A stretch of DNA of 64,000 nucleotides. Origin: Mayamaea pseudoterrestris (Eukaryota). Both the position numbers and the translations under genes were made by a program. The notes under the pieces were generated by a model. That model ran no database searches, was not told where the DNA came from, and saw only the letters and a program-made list of their open reading frames with translations. The stretch is from positions 1,054,001-1,118,000 of the forward strand of contig BROI01000003.1 in the NCBI GenBank assembly GCA_027923505.1, given 5' to 3'. Positions 43,648 to 53,052 of this stretch are shown here, piece after piece (the stretch's first letter is position 1; each line of letters opens with the position of its first letter).

Positions 43648-45525
43648 CTAAAATCCATCCGTCACAAAATTGTATGGCTGTTCGTAAAACCGAGACGTTT
43701 CATTCTTATTGTCGCACCAAAGGTTGTCCTCCACCCACAAGCTTTTCCACCGGGTGCACTCACAAAAGGTCATGAAGTGATTCTCTTCGGTCATCATGAG
43801 CGGCCGCGAAACATTGACGCGATTCTCATTGCCCTCGTACGTTGCCGCGGCGGTATCCGGCTTGCAGGCCTTGAAAGGATCGTCGGAAGGAGCAATGCGG
43901 TCCTTCAAGAGCCGATGCATCTCATCAATCTGACGTTCCGACACGCGAATGGGGTCCTTCATGACGCGCCAGTGGTTGGTGTTGGCGCGGTTGTCACCTG
44001 GAGAAAATGAACGTGCGTGTTGTGTGAGCAAGGATTGGCCTTAAGGATTGGCCTTGAAAAAAAATAATGAGGCAGGGATGTTGCAACGTGTCGTACCTGG
44101 TGTGAACTTTCCGAAGCATGGAGGAATGGTTTGCGTGCTGTAATAGTGCGATGGAGATAAATGCATGAGTCAAGCCGTTAGCCGTCAGTCACTTGCGATA
44201 TTACAAATCGAATGATCAATCGTCATTTTCGTCAACGTACCCACTGTATCTATAGTAATATTCCGTCTTGACTCCAAGCAAACCAAAGTAGTTGTGCCAC
44301 GGCCCAATGTGCTCATAGTCCATCAAGTGACGTCCATGCGCATTCTCTTCCTCCTGCCTGTACACGTCGGCAATAAACTCTTCCCAGTCAAAGTCGACTG
44401 GCTCCTCGAAATCGTCTTCAATGTGCATGACGAATGGTTCCATTTCCGTCGGATTCTGCAACATCCGCTTGCTTTCGCGCTGCAACACATCCTGCGCACT
44501 CTGCGCCTTGCGCAAGTGGCGCGTATTACCACCACCACCACCAGAGTTTCCATCATGTCCCCGATTATTGTAAAAGCATCCAGGATAGTACGACTGCACA
44601 CTGGGCAATCCACACTGCTCACGCGTCGCATCCTCCGCCTTGCGCCACTGGCAAATGACCTTGTTGAGCACGTCGTAGTCGGGTGCGTCGTCGTAGGCTT
44701 GCAGGAAAATGGTCACTGCCGCCATTTGGTTGGAAACGCCAGCCTCCGCGGCACTGGCCGAGTAAAAGTGAAAGAGCTGCATCTCCGCATCGTAGCGTCG
44801 GCCTTCCTGCGTGTGCTCCGATGGGACCTGTGTGTGTAGTGTGTAGTATAGTGACAAAGTTCGAAAATTGTGAGAAAAAGAGGTGCGACAAGAGGTGCGC
44901 ATGCAATCCACCCAAGCAATCCGCCTCAACATACCTTGAAATTGGTATGATCCAAGTGCCACCAATGCGAAAAGCCTTTGGAAAAGTCAATGCGACCAAA
45001 CTGATGCCCGCGCTCATCCTCGCAGGCCAGACGCCACGTATTATTGAACGGCTCGATCGGCTGCGTAATTTTGAGCGCGTGTCGCTCAATCGAAAAGGCA
45101 TTTAGCCTCACTAGTTCGTCGAACGTGCATGAGCTGTCATAATAGCGCATCAAATGAGTGTCCACGCAATTATTGTGCCATTCGGATGCATTAATAGCTC
45201 GGTTCCGCTCGAGGTTGATGGGAGACTGTCGCGAGTTTGATCCGCAGTTGCCGCTTCCGTCGGCAGGGCACCATTCGCACGCGTTTTCATCCAACTTCCA
45301 GTCGATCGACGGCAGAAACTTGTCAGGCCAGCCGGAACATGTCTCCAAGTCAGTGCATTCCACTTGATCCCAGTCTTGAGGAGAGTAAATGTTGTTACTG
45401 GAGGAGGAAGAAGCATCCGATCGGTAGGTGAACTGGTCCGCGTCGCTGAAATTTGCCTTGAGTAAAACTACTGCAAACAACACTAGAACTGGTTGTAAGT
45501 TAGACAAAGGATTCATTGTTACCAT
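43648..45525 (-). CDS. Alpha-carbonic-anhydrase-like secreted protein; exons 45525-44935, 44827-44241, 44137-44097, 43997-43648
   Basis: RQSPINL, PSEHTQEGRRYDAEMQLFH, YYRYSGTQTIPPC, W.VMKDPI.VS..Q, NVSRPL; GT-AG introns restore one frame. Confidence 0.85.
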
Positions 45526-46865
45526 GGTGCTTGTCTTGTGTGCCAACAAGCGACCCGATGAAGAAATAATGAATGCGTGTCGTGGGATCTCTCTCATCTT
45601 CCGCGTGCGCAAATTACGTGAGCAAAATTTTGTGTTGCCCGGCCGGCTCGCTGTCACGCTGTTTTCAACGGATAGTTTATTCGGCGATGATGACGTAATG
45701 ATACGACATGATGACGTTTTAGAAATGTCCTGCCAAAATTGCATTCGATTTTGCTCCTCCGTCGCCAACACGACCAAGACGAAACTACTCGCTGCTGGAA
45801 TAGTAGTCACGGCTTTGCGAGTCAGACTATCAGCTACCTTCTTAATCTTGATGTGTTTAGCATCTTCGAATGCCAAGACTGCGAGGCAAGCTTCCTTTCG
45901 GTGCTAGACTGCTACGGGTAAACCATAGCTGCCAGTGTGCAGTGTGAGCCCGCAAGACAATGCCCATGGACTAAGCCGAGGCAGAATGTAGTCGAAAACA
46001 ATGCATCCATATGACTTGTCATCAGACCATATGACTTATTATCACATCGTCTTACGAATATCGAGTGTGACAGCCTCCAAGTTCGTCGCATTGGAACGAC
46101 TTTAGCTATGCACTCACATTCGCATGTTGAGAAAGAAGTTTGGCGAAACCGCGTTTAGAGTCTTGAACAAAAGCGCAGAGATCTACTATTAAGCCAAGTG
46201 ACTTTCCTTCCATATTTTATGAGGTCAATTGACAGATTTACCAAGACGAATCAAGTCCTCACTATGCCAGGCATGTACTGAAGTATCACCGTGACAGTCG
46301 ACAAAACGCAACTTGCATAGATCGGATGCAATAAAGCATAATGCGTCAATTGCGAAGAAAAGTTGGTCGCAAATACTCACGGAAGTTACTATGAATGTGC
46401 AACTATTGGTAGTAAAGCCGGATCTGCGAATGACACATGATGAGCTATGGCAGGAGCAGCATCGCATTATGCAGCAAGTGCATCGTGGGTTCATTTACGC
46501 GGTCGGGGCAGTTCGGCCAGCTTTTGCCTTCGGCGACGCTGCCAACTTCGTTTATTGTTCCATCGCAAAGCACCTGATGTCGAAAACATCTTACTTGGCC
46601 TGAACGGCCAGCCCGCTTCTTGTAGTAGACTAACGAAAGTAAGGGTAATAGCGCCAACGCCTATTTGTGCAGTAATGTGGTACACTTTACGATGCGTGGA
46701 TAAAAACGTACGACTTTACATCAATAAAGGTTCTCGCTGCTGGCATAACACTTCGCACGAGCAATAACTCTTTGACTGTGTTTGGAGCCCTCTTCGTATT
46801 GCTCGAGGACATTCGTCACAATAGAATAGACGCGGCACACGAAAAAAGAGATTTTATTGCGTAAC

Positions 46866-49800
46866 TTAGCACAGGAAGTCGAATCCCGTTCCTTCGTACA
46901 CACACGAGCACGTAGAACTATCGCCACTATCATCGCTGCAACAATACGTGCAGCATGGGCCAGGTGGACATGAAATTTGAGGGCTGCTGCCACCGCAATC
47001 CAAGTAAAAAACTGGTAGACTTGCCGAAAACACGTCGCACACTTCGACTGGAATCGTTCCAACTATATCATTACCATCGATCCGAATCAAGCCGAGACGA
47101 ATTAGTGAACTAAGCTCAGTTGGTATGGCGCCAGTGAGGGAGTTGGACTGAAGCTGCAAATCAATCAGATCGCCAAGATTGCCGAGCGTTGTTGGAATTG
47201 ATCCATCAAAGCTGTTGTTGGATAGGTCCAAGTATCGAAGACTCGAGAGCCGGCCGAGCTCGGGTGGCACGTTGCCACTTAAAAGGTTTGATCGCAGAAC
47301 GATTGTGCGAAGACTGTCCGATGCTCCTAATGACGGCGAAAGACGACCCGACAGTCGATTTTCTCCAGCAGCGAGAATGCTCAAGTTTGGAAGCAGACCA
47401 AGAGTTTCGGACAAGGCAGTGATCATATTCTGGCTGATGGTCAGTTCACGCAAACTGTCCAGTTGGCCAACTGAATCGTTAAGACTGCCCGTAAAGCTGT
47501 TTGCGCCAAGGTTAAGGCGTTGTAAATTTACAAAGGGAGTTAAGTCCGGTATCGAGCCGTCAAAATTATTGGCCGACAAATCCATTTCTCGCAAGTCGTT
47601 CCAATCCCCAAGAACGTCATCCAATGAGCCGGAAAACTTGTTTGAACTCAAATCCAAAAACGTCAGCGCCGTGAGCGCGCTCAAGCTTGTAGGGAGAGTG
47701 CCCTCCATTAAATTTGCCCGAAGGGACAACGACGTCAAGGCAGTCAGACTGCCAATCTCGCTCGGTAAAGAGCCGCCCAAAGCAACAGCAGTTCCACCAC
47801 TTAACGCCAAGGCTCGCAACCTAGTGAGTAGACCTATTTCTGGAGGAAGTGAACCACCAACTTGGTTGAAACCAAGACTCAAATCGATTAAATTTCCAGC
47901 GCCATTACATGGAGCATTGGATCTTGAGAACCAGTCGCACTCACTCTCGTCACTTAGCCATTGGCTGCTATCCGTCCACTGTTCACCTGCTGTGCTATAG
48001 AATAAGGTTGCAAGAGCATAACGCTGTGTCAACTCTGCCTCTGAGAGTGAATCAAAGTTTAAAGCGCCCGCTTGCCAAACAAGTGCTTGGTTTTGTGGTG
48101 AGCCGGCGCTCGCCATGCTTGATCCTGAATCAGCGGCAAGGGGAGCCAATAAGGCGTATAGCTGGCGTTCTTGTTGTGTAAAACCCGATGTAACAGTCGG
48201 CAACGACACAAACGGAGTTGGCAGCCCCGTTGCAACCGTTGGACTCAATGTCGGACGCGAAACAAGTTTGGATGGTGTTGGCGAAATAGACGTCGACGAC
48301 GTTGGTCGTGGTGTTGCGGAGCCGCTTTCTTCAGACGACTGATTTCTTGTGCCCAAACCAGCGCCGAGCCCGATGGCAAGAATGACAAGTAGTAGAAGTA
48401 GAAGTAGCAGGCAATACCAAACGGCCTTGATGCGAGGACCGTCTTTAACGGCGATTCCTCGAGACTTTTCATCAAGTGCATTCTGATCTTCGCCCGACCG
48501 ACTGCTCAACTTCCCTGTTTCAATATCTGTTGCTGCCGGTAGTCTGGAAGCTGCTATAAAATCCGTCCCGGATGTATCGGCATCCTCCGCGAACACCGGC
48601 TTTAGTTGTACCTTTCTCGATTTAGCAGAAGAAAGTATATCATCAAAACTTTCGCCAGGAGCTATTTCGGCTCGTACACTCGTCATAGTGTCGGGTGGCA
48701 CGGCTAGTCTTGGCTTTCTGAGTATCGGAATGGGATAAATGTTGGGGGCCGCTTTATCTATTGTTGACTTAGATCTTATATTCTCATGCTGTTTCGAATC
48801 TGGCGACTCTGGCTGAGCGTTGCGATCGGCCAGATACTTTTGAAAACGTGACGATGCAGACGCTGGAGCATTGGCTGACGGCGGCCGCCTTGCGCCTGTG
48901 CTGCAAAGTGCGTCCAAAGCTTGTTCAGGATGAGCTGCATGGGACAGTGACGTTGCAGATGTAAGCTTCTTATTGTTGGCGTCACTGTGCATGGGATGTC
49001 GATCATCGGTGTAATCTAGCGACCACTGGCTTGCCCCAGCCAGCTTCATTACAGCCGCCGAGACAGTAGCGGTTGTAGCAGCCATGTCAGCTGCTGTCAT
49101 TTCTCCATCGTCGTCATCATCTGTTTCAGCGTTGCCTTGCATTGTTCGTGGTGGGGCGAAGACTTGAAACGAGGCGACATCAGTTTTGCGCGGCAGATTT
49201 CGCGTGGTCGACATACATTTTGATTGAGCACGCCAGCTGTCCGATTCGTCAATGTCATCGCCTTGTTGTGGGTTGTCCTCTTTGGCGAATGTAGCCTGCT
49301 CCGTCAATGCGTCGTCTGATATTGATCTTTCTTCTAGATTTCCGACTTGCAGAATGTCGGGAAGAAGGCCTGGCCCAGCCTCATTTGTGCTCAATAAAGG
49401 CCCTGCTGCCATATCTTGGACATTTGCATCATCAGATAATGAATTGTTCATATTGCCAACCAGCAATGTCGTTACCGATTTAATTGCTGACTCGACCCTG
49501 TCTTCGTCATCGCTCTCATCATCTGCTTTTGACGAATTTGAATCACTCAAGTATGGAATGACACCGAATCCTGCCTCGGCATTCCATATACTTGTGTCGC
49601 GAGGGTATTCAGACACTCGAACGACAACCGGCGAGTAAGTGGTCCCGCTTCCGTTAACTGTACCAAAGCTACTGGAAGATGCGGCCGTGGCAGCAATTGT
49701 CTCGTCTTCGTCCTCCTCTTCAATCTTGTTGTGATCAAAAAATGCATAAGACTTGTTCCCATCATCGCGTGTGGCTTTGCTTGTGTCGTTGGATGGCAAA

Positions 49801-52325
49801 GAGGAGGAAAAACCAGTCACGTCCCGCAACAAACATGAGCTATCCATGAGACTGCTACTCCCTATATCACCATCACTCTCGCTGTTGTCAAGAAGTGATT
49901 CCCCGATAAATTTGGCATTTAATTTATCGGAACGCACAGGTATAGTCAGCGACGAATGTGAAGAATATCCAGACGATGAAGTCCTGGTACTTTGCTCAGC
50001 ATCCGTCGAAACTTCTGCAATTGCGGAACTGACAGAACCGTCGTCTTGGTATATTTGTCGAAACGCAGTTAGATCCTTGCTGCTCGATCCGTCGTTACCC
50101 TGAATATAGCTTTTCCGAAACGATTTTAAAGATCGCAATGAGATCCTCGTTGGTGATTCACTTGATGATTTCGCGTTTTCCGAATGAGATATCGAAGCAG
50201 CAGTAAATTGATTTTGGTCGTTGGCGTCGGTACTTTGAGGCAACGCGTTACGAGCAGTTTGCGCCTCCAGTGTCACGTCGGTTTTTGCAGAACAATTGAT
50301 AGCGTCGGTGCCAGAAGGCTCTAAATGCAATTCGCCTTGTCCATCTCCATCATCATCACGAGCGATCTCGCCGTTGCTTCGACCAAAAGCTGCAATTGGT
50401 GACGACCACGGATGCTGCCGCGCCGCCACTTTTGACAACATGCTGCCCAACAAACTTTTATTCTTGCCAGGAGAGCTATTTTTGGCTCCCGCGTGCTTGC
50501 TTTGGTCTGATTCGTTTTCGACGGACCGCGTGAAAAAGCTCAAATCTTCCGACCCACCGCCGCTAGTTTCAACGCTTCGCTCATCCAATGCCACCAAGGT
50601 TGGCCGTTTTTCATGATTCGACGGCGGAATGGCAGCTAACAGCTCGGTGTCATCCGTCCGACTCGTGCCGTTGCTGTCGTTGTCGTCCATATGGCCTTCC
50701 AGTGAGCGCCGATCACTCGAGTCAACGTCATTCGTGTTGCTGGCGTTGCTGCCGCTTTTGTCGTCGTCGTCACTGAAAAAATTGCCGAAATTACCAGCCG
50801 ACTCGTCATTCAACGTTTGACTGTCACCAAAGTCATTTGCTTCGTCACCGTCGACAGTGTAGCTAACATACGACGGGTCGAGCGACTCTTGCTCGCCTCC
50901 CTTTGGCGCAGCGGCAGTACCAAGATGCGACGGAAGCCGCTGAACGTTGCCTTCCATGGAACCGTCGTCGGATGATGCATTCTCCGAAACGCTCGTGTTA
51001 CTGTCGTCATCATTGGCAGCCGCCGGATAGCCTGCGTTTGCTGGTCGCGTAATAGTTTCTCGCACCAAAGTACCTTCATCCACCTTCATCATCAAGCCAC
51101 TCGACACCTGCGCCGCAACATGCAGACTCGCATGACTGCTGCTATTCACCGTGGCAAACGACTCGTTATCCATTTCCGTCACCGTCTCTGGCAAGATCAA
51201 TTGCTCGCGCACTTGCAGCACAAAGGGTTCCCGCCCCCGCCAGGAGCCTTCCATGTCGGGTCCTTCCGACGGCTCCTCGTCCTCCTGAATGGACTTGAGT
51301 GCAGCGTCGTCGTCGTTTTCGTCGTCGTTGCTGCTGTCCAAGCTCAGCAAGCCAGCGTCGTCCGTCATGTGAAAGGAGTGTTCGGCGGGTGGTTCCATTG
51401 CTGATGATTGCAAACTAGTCTTGTTGCTTTGCTGGTTTTCAAAAAATGTTCCGAGCGACTTTTTGTTGGCCTTTGCAGCATTCTCAGCATTGAAAACTTC
51501 CATGAGATCCAGTTTACCTTTACTGCTATTGCTACTCGCGTTGGGACTGAGCGATCCTTCGGAATGCTGCATCTGATGTGACGCAATGGTTTGCTGCCAA
51601 GCTTGCTGCCGCTCCTTGACCGACAGCGTTCCCTTCGCCTGCTCCACCAAATGTTGCTTGTAGGCGTACGGATCGGGTGGCGCAATCTTAATTAATTCCG
51701 TCTTTGTCTTGTTGCTGTTATTTGACGAACGACTCGCACCATGACGATCCGATGCAAAGACCGCCTCCATGTCCATGCTGTTCATCGAGTAGTCGCCTTC
51801 GGATTCGTCAGTGACGTTGTGATCGCTACTACCGTCATGAGCCACCGTGAGTTTCAACTTTGGCTTGGCTGCTGCTGCTGGTGACAGTTGCAAGAACGCT
51901 GGCAGCATGGCGGCAATGCCTCCGGGCCGTCGCGTCGAGTCCTCGCTGCTGCTACTTTCGCACTCCTCGTCATAGACTTCGTACAGCTCTTCGTCGTCAA
52001 TAATGACTTCCTCCTGTTCTTGGTCATCCGTCTCAACTGCAGCTGCTGCAGCAACATCATTCTTTGTCGTCGCGACAGTTGATGATTGCTGCTGCGTTTG
52101 CTGCTTCTTCATCACCACTGGACAGCATTCACTCTTGTGACCACCCGACCGGTTCCAGTCCCACGCCAAGCACTCGGGCGAGCAATACTTGGCGTCATGG
52201 CAATGTAAACACTTGAACGCCAGTCCGTCGCCGCCGCAAAAATCCTCCTCCAGGCCGCAGGCGTGGCAGCAAGCGTTGCTGGTGCTGGTGCTGCTGCTTG
52301 ATGACGAAGATGAAACAGAGGACAT
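46866..52325 (-). CDS. Type II membrane LRR protein with an N-terminal MYND zinc finger and a long acidic disordered region
   Basis: CHACG...CLHC...YCSPEC...W....H...C; TM near aa 1305-1325; QRYALATLFYST cap; plant-type LxxLxLxxNxxxGxIP repeats; Cys-rich tail. Confidence 0.88.
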   Translation of the reverse strand: MSSVSSSSSSSSTSTSNACCHACGLEEDFCGGDGLAFKCLHCHDAKYCSPECLAWDWNRSGGHKSECCPVVMKKQQTQQQSSTVATTKNDVAAAAAVETDDQEQEEVIIDDEELYEVYDEECESSSSEDSTRRPGGIAAMLPAFLQLSPAAAAKPKLKLTVAHDGSSDHNVTDESEGDYSMNSMDMEAVFASDRHGASRSSNNSNKTKTELIKIAPPDPYAYKQHLVEQAKGTLSVKERQQAWQQTIASHQMQHSEGSLSPNASSNSSKGKLDLMEVFNAENAAKANKKSLGTFFENQQSNKTSLQSSAMEPPAEHSFHMTDDAGLLSLDSSNDDENDDDAALKSIQEDEEPSEGPDMEGSWRGREPFVLQVREQLILPETVTEMDNESFATVNSSSHASLHVAAQVSSGLMMKVDEGTLVRETITRPANAGYPAAANDDDSNTSVSENASSDDGSMEGNVQRLPSHLGTAAAPKGGEQESLDPSYVSYTVDGDEANDFGDSQTLNDESAGNFGNFFSDDDDKSGSNASNTNDVDSSDRRSLEGHMDDNDSNGTSRTDDTELLAAIPPSNHEKRPTLVALDERSVETSGGGSEDLSFFTRSVENESDQSKHAGAKNSSPGKNKSLLGSMLSKVAARQHPWSSPIAAFGRSNGEIARDDDGDGQGELHLEPSGTDAINCSAKTDVTLEAQTARNALPQSTDANDQNQFTAASISHSENAKSSSESPTRISLRSLKSFRKSYIQGNDGSSSKDLTAFRQIYQDDGSVSSAIAEVSTDAEQSTRTSSSGYSSHSSLTIPVRSDKLNAKFIGESLLDNSESDGDIGSSSLMDSSCLLRDVTGFSSSLPSNDTSKATRDDGNKSYAFFDHNKIEEEDEDETIAATAASSSSFGTVNGSGTTYSPVVVRVSEYPRDTSIWNAEAGFGVIPYLSDSNSSKADDESDDEDRVESAIKSVTTLLVGNMNNSLSDDANVQDMAAGPLLSTNEAGPGLLPDILQVGNLEERSISDDALTEQATFAKEDNPQQGDDIDESDSWRAQSKCMSTTRNLPRKTDVASFQVFAPPRTMQGNAETDDDDDGEMTAADMAATTATVSAAVMKLAGASQWSLDYTDDRHPMHSDANNKKLTSATSLSHAAHPEQALDALCSTGARRPPSANAPASASSRFQKYLADRNAQPESPDSKQHENIRSKSTIDKAAPNIYPIPILRKPRLAVPPDTMTSVRAEIAPGESFDDILSSAKSRKVQLKPVFAEDADTSGTDFIAASRLPAATDIETGKLSSRSGEDQNALDEKSRGIAVKDGPRIKAVWYCLLLLLLLLVILAIGLGAGLGTRNQSSEESGSATPRPTSSTSISPTPSKLVSRPTLSPTVATGLPTPFVSLPTVTSGFTQQERQLYALLAPLAADSGSSMASAGSPQNQALVWQAGALNFDSLSEAELTQRYALATLFYSTAGEQWTDSSQWLSDESECDWFSRSNAPCNGAGNLIDLSLGFNQVGGSLPPEIGLLTRLRALALSGGTAVALGGSLPSEIGSLTALTSLSLRANLMEGTLPTSLSALTALTFLDLSSNKFSGSLDDVLGDWNDLREMDLSANNFDGSIPDLTPFVNLQRLNLGANSFTGSLNDSVGQLDSLRELTISQNMITALSETLGLLPNLSILAAGENRLSGRLSPSLGASDSLRTIVLRSNLLSGNVPPELGRLSSLRYLDLSNNSFDGSIPTTLGNLGDLIDLQLQSNSLTGAIPTELSSLIRLGLIRIDGNDIVGTIPVEVCDVFSASLPVFYLDCGGSSPQISCPPGPCCTYCCSDDSGDSSTCSCVYEGTGFDFLC

Positions 52326-53052
52326 GGTAGAATGATGCTAATGTAGCTGCAGTACTTCTGATCCAACTTGGTCTCGCTATTGCAAAATCCTGGATTTTTA
52401 TTCCTTGGCGATTGGCTCAAAGAGGATGTGCGGCACGAAGGCGTGACGCGACTCGCTTCCACTGCGATTGCTCACTGCGAGTGTCGTGGGTCGACTTGCG
52501 AATCTGCTTCCGCACGCGCGCGTATAAAGCAGCAATAAGACTTGCGCGTGAAGAGGTTACTCAAGACGCTCTTTCTCTCGTTCTCTCTCTGTTAGCTGTC
52601 GTCTTGAAGCCTTGATGCCCTCTTACTCACTCGAGAGATACTTGCTCCTCCATCATACTCGCGCCTCCATCATACTCGCGCACCGCTTCTGCCAAAGAAA
52701 TTGCGCCCCGGCGCGCCAAAATTTGAGACGCGCCAGCAGTGTACACTATTCTGCATAGTCGAGTCTTGGGTGAGTGTATTCATGAGTGTGAAATGTCACT
52801 TGGAGGGTCATTCGTAATGACTATTAGTGTCGGAGTGGTATTGACAGTGAGGCCGAATCGAACGAAAGAGGAAGCAATTCACCATGGCACGAGTGACGAG
52901 AGATTCGACTGTCGCCTATTGATCACTGGAGACTGCATCGAATAAATTAACCTGAAAAAGAACTTGTTGACAGAGTAGTAGAAAGACTTAGAGGAAAAAC
53001 TTTATTGACGTTCGTTTTAAGCGCCACGAACGACGAGATTTCGATCTCGAGA

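Noticed and set aside
45526..45876. N-terminal extension of the CA-like ORF
   Set aside because: Non-ATG start; the signal peptide begins at 45525/45516, so this is probably promoter or UTR
46225..46767. Short ORFs between the CA-like and LRR genes
   Set aside because: No recognisable protein features
47179..48000. 273-aa plus-strand ORF
   Set aside because: Antisense shadow of the LRR repeats
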